From positions 1-24,327 of the IMG/VR virus record IMGVR_UViG_3300012200_000070: DNA of 24,327 nucleotides; one strand, written 5' to 3'. Each line of letters begins with the position of its first letter. Within the stretch, counting starts at the first letter, position 1. Source of the DNA: a virus. Lineage: Duplodnaviria; Caudoviricetes. The notes under the pieces are model-generated. The model was not told the DNA's origin, did no database searches, and saw only the letters and a list, made by a program, of their open reading frames with translations. Below, one piece after another: positions 5,617-15,591 of the stretch. Made by a program: the position numbers and the translations under genes.

Positions 5617-6458
5617 CACAGCCCCTTCGCAGTGAGCCATGTGTGCGCGGCTGCGGCCAGGGCCCTGTCAACATCCACGGGAACCGGGGCGGGTGTCGGC
5701 GCCACGGTCCAGGCGGGGACTGTCACATCACCCTGCTGGGAAAGCAGCCACGCCAGATCGACGCTGGTGAAGTACCCCAGTCCGTGGTCTCCCCACGTGT
5801 CGGACCAGGAGTTGTCGATCCAGTACTCGCCCGTTGTGGCGTCGAACTTGGACAGCTCGATCTCATGGCCTCCGGCAACCCCAGAAGTTCGGTCCACAAT
5901 GATCCGGCCATCGGCTGCTGTGTTGAACATGCTGTTCAGCCACTCAATGCCGATCATCACTGGTCCGGCCTGGAGTGCCGAGTTCAGGGCGGCGATCGAG
6001 AAAGCGTGTGTGTACCCACTGGCCAGCCCGAGCCCCTTGAGCGCCTTCGCGACGCCAATGCCGGAAGATCCCGTGTCGGTGGGCGGATACTGCCCAGAGA
6101 CGCCGTCCAGGACTGTCGCCAAGGAGTAGAGCTTGATGGCGAAGTCCTCGTTCAGCTCGTACACGCCAGCGGTGAACAGGCCATGTGAGGCTGAAGCTCC
6201 GGCCGCTGCGATGGTGACCGTTGTCGGCGCGGTACCCAGGACTGAGTCCGTGCCGAGAACGCCGGTCCCCGCGTTTCCTGTGCAGCTTCCGATGGATCCC
6301 TGGTCAAAAATGGGAACCCGGCGAGTCCAGCTCACGGTCTTGATGGCCGACTTCGGCAAGACACTGTGGGCGTAGGCCAGGGATCGAGGGTCGTGGTGAA
6401 CGTGACGACCGAAACGCAGAGATCGGCTATGCGTTTCGGGGATAATGCGGGTCTCCAT
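5616..6458 (-). CDS. papain-like (C1 family) cysteine peptidase
   Basis: [10 protein letters not shown] (oxyanion Gln, catalytic Cys), GGHEI (His), [12 protein letters not shown] (Asn); GGGGAG RBS. Confidence 0.9.
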   Translation of the reverse strand: METRIIPETHSRSLRFGRHVHHDPRSLAYAHSVLPKSAIKTVSWTRRVPIFDQGSIGSCTGNAGTGVLGTDSVLGTAPTTVTIAAAGASASHGLFTAGVYELNEDFAIKLYSLATVLDGVSGQYPPTDTGSSGIGVAKALKGLGLASGYTHAFSIAALNSALQAGPVMIGIEWLNSMFNTAADGRIIVDRTSGVAGGHEIELSKFDATTGEYWIDNSWSDTWGDHGLGYFTSVDLAWLLSQQGDVTVPAWTVAPTPAPVPVDVDRALAAAAHTWLTAKGL

Positions 6459-6470
6459 GGTCTCCCCTAA

Positions 6471-7028
6471 CTATGCAATGCGCTGAAGGCGCAGCCAGGA
6501 ATCGGTGTAGATGGTGGTGGCGGAGGCATTCGATGAGGTCTGCGCCCAGTCCAGGGAATAGGTCCCGGCGGTTGACCCGACACGGAGCGTTCCGCAGAGC
6601 GCAATAGTCAGGAGATCAGTTGTGCTGATCATGCCGAAACCACGCGCTGCTGTGACGTCGTTCGATTCCGTACGGATCAGATATCCACGCACTGATGCCG
6701 TGTCCGCGATGAGCGCACCAGGAGAGCCATTGGCAGAAATTGGGGAGTTTCCCGCACCGTGGCCCATCCACTCGCCCAGTGACCCGGTTGGCGCCGACCA
6801 GTCGAGAGTCAGGTCACCGGCCGGGTCACCGGATGCCTTCACCCATCCGTCCATGATGTAAACGGCATTGGCTTCTACTGCGAACTGGAGTTCCGGATCG
6901 GCGGTGGTCGTAGTGAAAGCTGATCGGGGAGTGTCTGAAGTCTTGCGCACCACCATTGGCTGCGCAGAGGCGAGGAGCTGGGCTGTGATGCGTTGCCCTG
7001 GGAGAAATGTTGGGTAGCGCTCAGTCAT
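6471..7028 (-). CDS. minor tail protein
   Basis: FLPGQRITAQLL N-terminus and beta-rich body; follows the large tail protein; GGGAG RBS. Confidence 0.8.
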   Translation of the reverse strand: MTERYPTFLPGQRITAQLLASAQPMVVRKTSDTPRSAFTTTTADPELQFAVEANAVYIMDGWVKASGDPAGDLTLDWSAPTGSLGEWMGHGAGNSPISANGSPGALIADTASVRGYLIRTESNDVTAARGFGMISTTDLLTIALCGTLRVGSTAGTYSLDWAQTSSNASATTIYTDSWLRLQRIA

Positions 7029-7039
7029 ACCGTTTCTCC

Positions 7040-9898
7040 CTAGAGGGCAATGATTGACGGATTTGCCAGGCGAACGTCATCGCCCAGGGAGTGCGCCTTG
7101 ACAACCCCGTTTACGCTGCGAGTAACGGTGAATGTCTGCGGGTCGAGAATGTCAAAGCTTTCGAAGTACAGAACCGGGTTGACGTTTGTGGTCCCAGCGA
7201 ATTCGCTCGCCGATACTCCGACATACCCGCTGCTGACGATATTCGACGTGATGGTCCGGTCGATGTGCCAGACATCCGAAGGCGGTTCGAGAGTGCCGTC
7301 CGCCCATGTGCGTGCGCGGATTCGATTGCCAGTGATGTTGGCGGTCAGCCAGAATCCCTGATTGGCGACGTATGTCAGCCCTGTGTCGACTTCTGCGCCG
7401 ATTTCCGTCGCTGCGTTTGTCACGACCAGATAGACCGCTGAGTCTGTCCGGAAGTGCAGACGAACCCTGTAGAAGGATCCGGTGTTCTGATAACGCAGAA
7501 TGATCCCGGGGAGGATGTGGTTGCCCGTCGACACCTGCCCAACGGCCATCCAACAGCGGACCGTGGTGTCAGTCATGGTGGGTACCAGGAGCTGGAACCG
7601 GACGTCCGTTGCCGTGGCCGCCAATGTGACAGAGCCCTGTGTGCCGTTGACGGCACGGTCGGAGGCGTTGCCGTTGACCTCAGTCCACACCTGCCCGGAC
7701 GTTGCGGTGCCCCAGGAATTGCTGACGGTCCTGGTGAATGAGTCGCTTGCCCGAGAAGAACACGTCGTCACAGTCATCACCTCACCGCCGACCTCGATAT
7801 CCCAGGGCGTCTCGGCGGTGTCGGTGGTCCACACGTTGCCGGTTGTAGGTGTGACGTAGACGCTGGTATCACCAGAGGCCGCGTCTGCGTACAGGGCGCT
7901 TCCGTCTGTGTCGATCCGCAGGACGGCATCATCCGCAGTAGCTACGCGATACGGTGACTCAGGCGCGCAGTTGAAAGTGATTTGGTGCTGGTAGTGGTCG
8001 ATGGTCTCCGAGATTCCCAGGACGATCACAGAGATGTCGTCTGGAGGGAGCCAGCTCGGCAGATTGGTGATGACGAGTCGGTCACCAGGCCGCATGTTGA
8101 TGGTCGCCATGCGGAGCGCTGAGTTCACCGTGAATTGGCTATGCCCGAGATTCACCGATATCTGTGGATACCGGGATTCATCCACGGTACCCAGGTGAAG
8201 GCGCCAGTTCGCCTGGTCTGCCAGATAGGCGTCGGACGACAGATTGACGCTGACCGAATCACCATAGACGCCTACACCAGCCGGTGGGTCAACGGTGGAC
8301 AGGGCGCCGGTCAGCAATGAAGCGCTGGCACTGATGTCCGTGTTTGAGTTGGTGGCTGTGATGCTGTTCTTCGTCAACTGGTCGTCGTCAACTGGTGTCG
8401 GAACTTCGGCCAGCTGATTGTCCACGTAGGACAGTGACAGTGCCGCATCCTGGTTGTACAGATCTGCGCGTGTACGGTAGCCGAGACCGAAGACAGAGAG
8501 GTTCTCGAAGAGGATGCCGTTATCGGCCTCTTCGCATTCCAGGAGGATGTCCAGGGGCTTGACGCGTGGCTGTGACCCCATGGTGACCGTGTTGTCCAGG
8601 TCCCCGATCCCACTGAAAGCAATACCCTCTTCGGCACAGATGCGCTGGAACCGACGTCCAGCGGACTCACCAATGGGATCCAGGTGTTCACCGAGATCAG
8701 TGATGTCGGTAATCGTGTTCTGGGCGGTGATGTGTCCTACTGCGCTGCCGTCCATACCCTTGGAGCTGTACAGGGTTGCGGGGGCCATGCTCACTTTAAG
8801 CAGGCGCGTCAGCTGTGCTGAAGCCTGTGATCCGCTTGTCCGGTGCGAAACGTCGGCGACGATATCCAGAATGTTGATGGAGAAAGATGTCGCGGTTCCG
8901 TTGTTCGCGAGTTCCATGGAGACACGGACTATCTTGCCCCGGATGTCCAGGGTGCTGTCAGCGGTGCCACCGAGCAGTGCTTGGTCACCGTCACGGGCTG
9001 CGAGGGACAGTGTTCCGTTGCGTCCGTACACCGGAGCGTCGGTTGGGCTGTTGTAGAAAACGTCCCAATAGACAACGGTGTTGGTGTCGTCCATGGTAAG
9101 CCGCATGACATGCTGCAAGTCCGGCAGGCCATCCGCTGGGACATACAGCAGGAAGCGGACCTGTAGCTGCGTCGTGGTCCCGTCGTTGTACTTGGGAACG
9201 TAGCCGGATATAGACGCCCCGCTGAGTGTGATAACGGGGTCACTGGACCCGAATCCGCTGTACGCCGCTGGAACGGGACTTCCCGAGAAGTACATGTCGG
9301 GACATGTGACGAGGGGGGAGTCGACCGATGTAGCTCCCTCAGGGTCCTCACACGGCCAGTAGGCCAGGAGGCTGTCGATCTGGGGGTCCAGGATCCCGTT
9401 GTAGACCACCGAGTTGGCAGGAATCGCGCCCTGGCTGAGACGACGAAGGATCCCGGCGGCTTCGATGTCCACCCAGATATCAGTGCCCGTGGTGTCCCAC
9501 CGCTGTGGCCAGGAGCTGACCTCTCCCCAGAATCGGTAATTCTTTCCGCCGAGACCGTCTGGGACGCTGACACGCAAGGGCGTGTTCCGCCCAATCGACC
9601 CGTAGTAAATACCTGTGGGGTTTCGTGGGGAGAATCGGCCATCGCGATTGTTGAGCTGGAATGTGCAGGTTGCCGGATCCGCTCCCTGTCCCTCGCTCGG
9701 TCGCCCACGTGTGACAGCAATATTTTCTCCGCCATCGCGCGTCATCACATACGAAGTGATGTCGATCCACGCACCATTCAGGTACAGCTCCACGGTGACG
9801 GGGTTACCATTGCTGGCTTCGCCAGAGGCTCCGAGAGGTCCGGCACTGCCGCTCATCCGGCGCTGCCAGGCCATTACCTGCGCGGCAATACCAGCCAT
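7040..9898 (-). CDS. large minor tail / tail-tip protein (952 aa)
   Basis: WIDITSYV...TRGR...LNNRDGRFSPRNP.G.YYG.IGRNTP, AYWPCED and TFTVTRSVNGVVKAH motifs typical of Streptomyces siphovirus tail proteins; downstream of tape measure. Confidence 0.9.
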   Translation of the reverse strand: MAGIAAQVMAWQRRMSGSAGPLGASGEASNGNPVTVELYLNGAWIDITSYVMTRDGGENIAVTRGRPSEGQGADPATCTFQLNNRDGRFSPRNPTGIYYGSIGRNTPLRVSVPDGLGGKNYRFWGEVSSWPQRWDTTGTDIWVDIEAAGILRRLSQGAIPANSVVYNGILDPQIDSLLAYWPCEDPEGATSVDSPLVTCPDMYFSGSPVPAAYSGFGSSDPVITLSGASISGYVPKYNDGTTTQLQVRFLLYVPADGLPDLQHVMRLTMDDTNTVVYWDVFYNSPTDAPVYGRNGTLSLAARDGDQALLGGTADSTLDIRGKIVRVSMELANNGTATSFSINILDIVADVSHRTSGSQASAQLTRLLKVSMAPATLYSSKGMDGSAVGHITAQNTITDITDLGEHLDPIGESAGRRFQRICAEEGIAFSGIGDLDNTVTMGSQPRVKPLDILLECEEADNGILFENLSVFGLGYRTRADLYNQDAALSLSYVDNQLAEVPTPVDDDQLTKNSITATNSNTDISASASLLTGALSTVDPPAGVGVYGDSVSVNLSSDAYLADQANWRLHLGTVDESRYPQISVNLGHSQFTVNSALRMATINMRPGDRLVITNLPSWLPPDDISVIVLGISETIDHYQHQITFNCAPESPYRVATADDAVLRIDTDGSALYADAASGDTSVYVTPTTGNVWTTDTAETPWDIEVGGEVMTVTTCSSRASDSFTRTVSNSWGTATSGQVWTEVNGNASDRAVNGTQGSVTLAATATDVRFQLLVPTMTDTTVRCWMAVGQVSTGNHILPGIILRYQNTGSFYRVRLHFRTDSAVYLVVTNAATEIGAEVDTGLTYVANQGFWLTANITGNRIRARTWADGTLEPPSDVWHIDRTITSNIVSSGYVGVSASEFAGTTNVNPVLYFESFDILDPQTFTVTRSVNGVVKAHSLGDDVRLANPSIIAL

Positions 9899-9901
9899 CG
9901 G

Positions 9902-10075
9902 CTACTCCTCGGTGGGCACAGGGGTGATCGCCACGGTGATGTTCTCGGAGGAGATTCCCGGGTCGCCGTCGTAGGTCAGGACAAGTTGGTTGGTCCCAGG
10001 GGCGTTGCCCCAGGCGAGGATTCCGGCTGCCGGAATCCCCAGGGCCAAAGCGATGGACACCTCGGGGCTACTCAT
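9902..10075 (-). CDS. 57-aa hypothetical protein (MSSPEVSIALALGIPAAGILAWGNAPG...)
   Basis: Fills the gap between two tail genes; ATG 10075 overlaps the upstream gene end; its last codons (GAGGAG) supply the next RBS; below the track cutoff. Confidence 0.7.
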   Translation of the reverse strand: MSSPEVSIALALGIPAAGILAWGNAPGTNQLVLTYDGDPGISSENITVAITPVPTEE

Positions 10076-10574
10076 CCCAGACCACCCATGTCCTTAGATC
10101 TACCGCTGTGGTGGGCGTCGTGGCGCGGACGCGCAAGAACTTGCTGATGGCTACGATCGGCCGTTCGTCCGGCATCCACTGGTACACGTACGACAGGCTG
10201 GATTCCCCCGAAACGGAACTGAGGGAAATGGCGTCGAAGACGCGTGAGGCCGTTGTCGTTCCTTCAGCAGTGGCGGTATACCCCGTGCTGCTCGTGCCGA
10301 GTGTCACCAGGGAGGCTGGCGCGTTGGGGTCCAGAGGCTGAACGCCAGCAGCAACGTGGGCAGTTACGGTGGCGGCGACATCTGTCTGAAGCAGTTCAAT
10401 GACAGCATCCGCACCCGGCGGGTCATCAAGACTGAAGCCCCATGCGATGAGCTGCATCTGCCGGTTCGATGGAGTTGCGACCTGGAGCATGGTCTTGATC
10501 GCAGTGCCTGTGGTCACCGAAGCCTGAGCAGCGGTGGTTGGCATCGCGGAATTCCAACTCTTATACCTATGCAT
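10068..10574 (-). CDS. virion structural protein (tail region)
   Basis: AGGAG RBS; Thr/Ala-rich beta protein between tape measure and minor tail genes. Confidence 0.8.
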   Translation of the reverse strand: MHRYKSWNSAMPTTAAQASVTTGTAIKTMLQVATPSNRQMQLIAWGFSLDDPPGADAVIELLQTDVAATVTAHVAAGVQPLDPNAPASLVTLGTSSTGYTATAEGTTTASRVFDAISLSSVSGESSLSYVYQWMPDERPIVAISKFLRVRATTPTTAVDLRTWVVWDE

Positions 10575-10584
10575 ATCACTCCTA

Positions 10585-10622
10585 AAAGGAAACGGGGCAC
10601 AGAGTTAAACACCCTGTGCCCC
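10585..10622 (-). terminator. terminator-like hairpin after tape measure gene
   Basis: GGGGCACAG...CTGTGCCCC inverted repeat followed on the - strand by GTTTCCTTTT. Confidence 0.65.
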
Positions 10623-10633
10623 ATACGTGGCTC

Positions 10634-13600
10634 TTACCGGCCGAAGACCGCCTGAACGTTTCCGCCGCGAACGCGGACGGACTTGCGGATGAGGTTGACC
10701 ATGTCCTTGTCACCGCCAGTGAAGTGGAAATACACGTCCACCCGCTGACCGCCACCGCCACTGGTGCTCAGCATCCGCATGGTGTCCGGATGAGACTTCA
10801 CCGAACTTCCGTAAGGAAGGTTCACCAATTCGCGGCCGTGTTCACCCACCATGGTCCAGGCGCTGCGAGGGCCACCCGAAGCCGCCCCGATAGGGCCACC
10901 GTTCGACTTTCCCTTGATACCGAAAGCCTTCTTGATGGCCTTCTCCAGGGACTTCGCGATGGTCTCCATGAGCTTTTCGAGATGCTTCTTCTGCTTCTCC
11001 AGTCCCTTGATGAGACCTTCAGCGGCCTTCATGCCTCCGGCGTACATGGCGTCCGCCGTAGTCTTTCCCGCCGATTTACCAGCCACCGCGATCTGCTTCT
11101 GCAAACTGTTGGCGAGCTTGATGTCACTGTCCTTGCCGGACAGCAACGCGGAGGCCGTCTCCAGACCGCCGCCTTCGACACCAGCACTGGCGATCTCGGA
11201 CAGCGACTGACCATTGAGCCCACGGGCCTTCAGGGTCTTCAGGGCGCCCGCCAAAGCGACTGCCTTGTCCCGACTGTCGTGGAGGGTGTCCATCACCTTG
11301 GTAAGTGAGGTGTAGCTGTCGCCCCCGGCCGCATTTGTGATGCTGCCACCCGACATGATCCCGGACTTGACGCTGTCCGCCAGAGAAGCTGCTGCATCCT
11401 TGAGGCTGGAGAGTTTGTCCTTCGCCTTGTCCAAGGCTGCGTTCACCTTGACTTGCTGCTTCTCGTACTTGATCAGCGATTTACCCGCACTGCTCAGCCT
11501 GCTCAGTAGATTCTTCTCCGCGCCACCTGATGTGGCGGCCTTGATGAGGGACCTCCACTTGTTCAGTGATGCGACAAGATCCTTAACCGTGGAGGCTGCG
11601 CTGAGGGATTGACCAAAGGAATCGGTCTTGTACCCCGCGAGATGCCCGAAGTATGAAACACCGAATTGGGACGCTGCTTCTGAGCGTGCTGACTTTGCCC
11701 CTGAAGACAGGCCACCCTTGGCAAACTGACGGACATGCCCTGCGTTGATGGCTTCCAGGAGTCGCCGGTTGCGCCTCGTGGATGACGAATTGACGACGAA
11801 TTCACCGTTGGACAGACGTGCCGGGATATCGTCGGATGTCCCTGATCCTGGGCCCGTGATATAGCCACCGCTGGCGTAGTTTCCGCTCTCGTGGTAGACG
11901 GTTCCCGATGTCGTCTTCGTTTTGCTGATGATATAAGTGACTGCGGTTTTTCCGTCCAGAGCGTTCAGGAGACGGTTCGCCTGCGCAACCTTGTTCTCCA
12001 GATCGCTGATCTGAGCTTGCAGTTTTGCCTGCTTGCTCTTCGGCAGCGTCTTCAGCTTGGCCTTCGCCGCATTCAGCTTCGCCATCAGGTCGTCATAGTT
12101 GACCTTGAGGACGGCCTTCTTGTTTGGCATCTTGGTGATCTGGTCAGCGAGGGACTTCGCCTGCTCCTTGGAGGCTCCCATCTCACGCGCCATCTTGTAG
12201 ACGGCGTCGTGGCCTTCCTTCCACACGGAGATTACGTTCTTCCACGGGCCCTTGCCGTCTTCGACGGCCTTCGTCGCCGCGTTTGTCTTGGTGGCCAGAT
12301 CGGACAGCTTGGTGTAGGCATCGCGAGATGCCTGGCTCGTCAGGTCGAGCTGGTTACCGTTGAACTTGAGCGCGTGTCCCATCTTCTTCGCAGCTTTAGC
12401 TGCGTCGTCAATGGACTGCTCCAGTGCTGACTGGGTATCCAGGACCGACTGGTTCTGTGCATTGAGCGCGCGCATGGCGTCTACGAACTGCTGAACCGAC
12501 TTTGTCTCTGCGGACGTCTTGGCTGCCGCATCAGACGCAGCCTGAGCAACCTGCCCCTCCAAAGACACACGCTTGCTCAGGAGGCCATTCAGTTTGCTTT
12601 GACTGAACCCGGATGCCTTGATGACAGCATCTTTCGATGGTCCGTGGTAATCATCATACTGACCGATCTGTTTTGTCTTTTGGCCCCCACTGAGTGGATC
12701 CCACTCGACAACCGTTTTCTTCTTGTCCGGGGATGCGGCCTGCTGCTTGGCGATCTCCGCGTTGACGGCTGCCAACTGCTTCTGGAGGCTCCCGAGTGAC
12801 TTCGCACTGGTATCCCCAACACCGGCAATGTTCTTTACGCCGGTGATCCAGTCTGTCAGGTGCTTGAACGCGCCGAAAGTGATGGTGTCCAGGGTCTGGA
12901 AAACTCCTGTGACAAGAATAATCGCAGCATCCAGGGCGCGGAAGACACCGATAAGCGCGAGCGTTGCCGCACCGCTATTCGCCATATCGCCGATGGACTT
13001 CCCAATGACGTCCAGAGCGGTCTTCAGCTCGTTGCCGACTGTGCGCCAGACCTGGCCCAGCCCCTCTGCTGCGCCATTGCTGGTCATCAGTGTGTAGAGG
13101 TTACTGACTCCCTCTCCCACAAGTGTTAGGGCTGTACGGAATCCAGCCATAATCGGCCCCATGGACTGCAATGCGGAAACCATGCCAGGGAGGGCTGCGC
13201 GTGCGAGTCCGGTGACTGCGCCGAAAAGATCATTGACCAGTGGCCCAGTTGCAGTGAATGCCTCGCGGAGCAGGGGACCCATAAATCTTGCGGCGGTGGC
13301 GACCTGGTGCATTCCTTCCACCAGGAAAGGAACCAACGGAGCTGCCGCTTCCCGGACGGTGGACCCCACTGTGGTCTTCATGTCCTGGAAAGCGCTCTTG
13401 ACTTGTGCGCTGCCCTTGAGGGCGTAGGCCCCCAAGGCAACAAAGGCACCACCGAGGACAACCGTCAGGGCGGCCCCGGCAAGCTGCGCTACTGAACCGA
13501 GTAGCGTGAGTCCGGCTGCGACGAGGGGGGATCGCCGTGCGAAGGACGACATTGAGTTAGCAGCGCGACGAAGACCCGCACCCGAGAACCGGATAAGCTG

Positions 13601-14467
13601 GTCGGTCGCCCGGCCAGTCGCCTCGGTTACACGGCGAGCCCCGCCTACTACGTGCTCAAACCCACGGATGACACGTCCCGTATCCTCGCCAACCCGGATG
13701 AACCCGCCGGACAGGATACTGACAGAACGTTCTAGTGACTGAAAGTGCGGACGGTGCGAGAAGGTGTTGATGCGGGATTCGAACCGGCGGAAGGATGCGT
13801 CGGCTCGCTCGAAGCCCGCACTGGTGGTGTCACGAATACGCGTGGTGATAGTGCGCGACGAACGCGCCCGGTCCATCCGGTCCTGTTCGCGTAGCGCTTG
13901 TGCGTGTGCCCGTACCAATGCCCGCTGCTGTGTTTCCTGTTCCCGCAGGGCCTGCGCGTGTGCGCGTACTACTGTGCGCTGCTGTGCTTCTTCGCTCGCC
14001 GCAGCACGGGCTGCTTCACGGGCGCGCGCCGCCTGCGCCCGTGCGGCCCTCTCCTGTGTCCGCACTGATGCCTGTACAAGTGCGTCATGGCGAACGATGT
14101 CATTGTTCAAGTGGTCGAAGTCGAGCCGGACCTCGCCCAGTTGCCGTGACAATTGACGGAATTCGGTGCGTGTCAGCTCGCCGGATCGCGCAGCTTGCAT
14201 GAGGTTCCGGTTGAGAAGTGACATGCTTCCGCGCATGTGAGCCATGTCGGCACTGGCCACGTTCCCTGTGTGGGAAAGCTGGGTCAGTCGCTCAGAGACG
14301 CTGCGGATACTTTCACTGAAGCGATTCGTGCGCTCTGCGCTGAGGTTGCTACTCTGGCCGACATGCTGAACCCTGCCGTCCATCTCACGCAAACGCTGGT
14401 TGACTCGCTCGAAATCTCCGCGCGTCAGATCCCGGACTCGTACGGTCAGGGTGATGTCATCGGCCAT
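10634..14467 (-). CDS. tape measure protein (1277 aa)
   Basis: Longest ORF, Ala-rich and helical, hydrophobic middle, YASGG...GSGTSDDIPARLSNGEFVV and VGEHGRELV motifs; follows tail assembly chaperone. Confidence 0.95.
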   Translation of the reverse strand: MADDITLTVRVRDLTRGDFERVNQRLREMDGRVQHVGQSSNLSAERTNRFSESIRSVSERLTQLSHTGNVASADMAHMRGSMSLLNRNLMQAARSGELTRTEFRQLSRQLGEVRLDFDHLNNDIVRHDALVQASVRTQERAARAQAARAREAARAAASEEAQQRTVVRAHAQALREQETQQRALVRAHAQALREQDRMDRARSSRTITTRIRDTTSAGFERADASFRRFESRINTFSHRPHFQSLERSVSILSGGFIRVGEDTGRVIRGFEHVVGGARRVTEATGRATDQLIRFSGAGLRRAANSMSSFARRSPLVAAGLTLLGSVAQLAGAALTVVLGGAFVALGAYALKGSAQVKSAFQDMKTTVGSTVREAAAPLVPFLVEGMHQVATAARFMGPLLREAFTATGPLVNDLFGAVTGLARAALPGMVSALQSMGPIMAGFRTALTLVGEGVSNLYTLMTSNGAAEGLGQVWRTVGNELKTALDVIGKSIGDMANSGAATLALIGVFRALDAAIILVTGVFQTLDTITFGAFKHLTDWITGVKNIAGVGDTSAKSLGSLQKQLAAVNAEIAKQQAASPDKKKTVVEWDPLSGGQKTKQIGQYDDYHGPSKDAVIKASGFSQSKLNGLLSKRVSLEGQVAQAASDAAAKTSAETKSVQQFVDAMRALNAQNQSVLDTQSALEQSIDDAAKAAKKMGHALKFNGNQLDLTSQASRDAYTKLSDLATKTNAATKAVEDGKGPWKNVISVWKEGHDAVYKMAREMGASKEQAKSLADQITKMPNKKAVLKVNYDDLMAKLNAAKAKLKTLPKSKQAKLQAQISDLENKVAQANRLLNALDGKTAVTYIISKTKTTSGTVYHESGNYASGGYITGPGSGTSDDIPARLSNGEFVVNSSSTRRNRRLLEAINAGHVRQFAKGGLSSGAKSARSEAASQFGVSYFGHLAGYKTDSFGQSLSAASTVKDLVASLNKWRSLIKAATSGGAEKNLLSRLSSAGKSLIKYEKQQVKVNAALDKAKDKLSSLKDAAASLADSVKSGIMSGGSITNAAGGDSYTSLTKVMDTLHDSRDKAVALAGALKTLKARGLNGQSLSEIASAGVEGGGLETASALLSGKDSDIKLANSLQKQIAVAGKSAGKTTADAMYAGGMKAAEGLIKGLEKQKKHLEKLMETIAKSLEKAIKKAFGIKGKSNGGPIGAASGGPRSAWTMVGEHGRELVNLPYGSSVKSHPDTMRMLSTSGGGGQRVDVYFHFTGGDKDMVNLIRKSVRVRGGNVQAVFGR

Positions 14468-14469
14468 CG

Positions 14470-15017
14470 CTAATCCCCTTCCGTATCAGGCTTGCCCCGG
14501 CCCTCGATAGCGAGAAGGCGCACCAAATCGGATGGCTCTTCAAGCAGCTGGCTTGGTAGTACGTGGAACTGTCTGCACACGCCGAGAATCCACTCAGCTT
14601 CTGCTAGCTCTGGAGGCTTCCCGACAGTGCTTCCATCGGGATGGATTCCACCGGGGACGTCTCGCCAGAGATCAAGGGCTTCTCCAAAGGGGCGGAGACC
14701 CCGCTGACCGCTGTTGTCCAGGCATCCACGATGAGCATGTTCAAAGCCAGGTCGCTCGTCTTCATGCCGTCGAAGGTGGTGGGCACCGGCTTCTCGTCCT
14801 CGTCCAGCAGATTCCACGAGATGAGGTGCTTGGCCAGCATTTGAAGCATCTCCAATGTGGCGTCGGAGTCAGCTTCCTTGCCTGTGGATCCAGTGACCCG
14901 GATAAGGTCAAGGAACTCACCCGTGGTGAGTCCCGAGACCTTAACCTCCAGGCCCTCGTACTCGGTGCCCGTGAAATCGAGCTTGTAGACCTTGCGCTTG
15001 CGCCGGAATCCGGACAC
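14470..15017 (-). CDS. tail assembly chaperone GT form via -1 frameshift
   Basis: In-phase slippery heptamer C CCT TTG at 14691-14685; -1 frame open to 14470 (…CRQFHVLPSQLL…) with no RBS/start of its own. Confidence 0.8.
14604..15017 (-). CDS. tail assembly chaperone (short, G form)
   Basis: GGGGAGG then GTG 15017; YKLDF...LISWNL.DE..PVP.T motif; position upstream of tape measure. Confidence 0.88.
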   Translation of the reverse strand: MSGFRRKRKVYKLDFTGTEYEGLEVKVSGLTTGEFLDLIRVTGSTGKEADSDATLEMLQMLAKHLISWNLLDEDEKPVPTTFDGMKTSDLALNMLIVDAWTTAVSGVSAPLEKPLISGETSPVESIPMEALSGSLQS

Positions 15018-15036
15018 GGTTCCTCCCCAGGGAAAC

Positions 15037-15066
15037 AAAAAAGCCCACCGCGCTCTGCGATGGACT
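15037..15066 (-). terminator. intrinsic terminator after tail tube gene
   Basis: - strand AGTCCATCGC-loop-GCGGTGGGCT followed by a T run. Confidence 0.8.
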
Positions 15067-15098
15067 CCGAGGTGTGTGAAGTTAGATCGAAACGGACA

Positions 15099-15509
15099 TT
15101 ACGCCCACGTCGGGACAGTTCCGTCAGCCAGGGCACCAGGAACAGCCCACGTCAACTCGCCCGAGTCGGCGCGTGTTAGCGGGTAGTCCGTGAGGAGGCA
15201 CTCGTTCGGAAGCGAGACGCCGCCAACGGTGATGCTGACCGTGCGTGTCACCGATGTGGACGGGATCGTCTTGAAGACGGCGTGCGCGGTGGTAGTGGCC
15301 GCCGGGTTGAAGACGCCATTCAGGGTGATTGAGAAATCGGCCAAGAGCAGGAGTCGCTCCATCGCCGACTTGTCGATGCCCGTGATATCCTGAGTTGCGC
15401 GCGGTGTCGCAAATTCCAGGTTCGTGATGTCATTCCTGATATCACGCGCTGTGCCACCACTGTCATCGACTGAGCAAGTTGTCCATGCGAGGCCGCTCGA
15501 CTTGCTAAT
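15099..15509 (-). CDS. major tail (tube) protein; start ATT 15509 or GTG 15518
   Basis: Directly upstream of chaperone; QDITGIDKSAMERLLLLAD motif; followed by terminator. Confidence 0.8.
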   Translation of the reverse strand: MSKSSGLAWTTCSVDDSGGTARDIRNDITNLEFATPRATQDITGIDKSAMERLLLLADFSITLNGVFNPAATTTAHAVFKTIPSTSVTRTVSITVGGVSLPNECLLTDYPLTRADSGELTWAVPGALADGTVPTWA

Positions 15510-15555
15510 TTTGACCACACCCTTCGTTGATGTATTGCACTGCTGGTGGGATTCA

Positions 15556-15585
15556 TTGGCTTAACGTGGACATTGCTTTTAGTCT
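15556..15585 (+). promoter_or_regulatory. sigma70/HrdB-like promoter for leaderless HNH transcript
   Basis: TTGGCT-18 nt-TAGTCT, then 6 nt to ATG 15592; no SD. Confidence 0.6.
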
Positions 15586-15591
15586 GATCCC

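Noticed and set aside
6471-9898. Diversity-generating retroelement target in tail genes
   Set aside because: No reverse transcriptase and no template/variable repeat pair seen in the window
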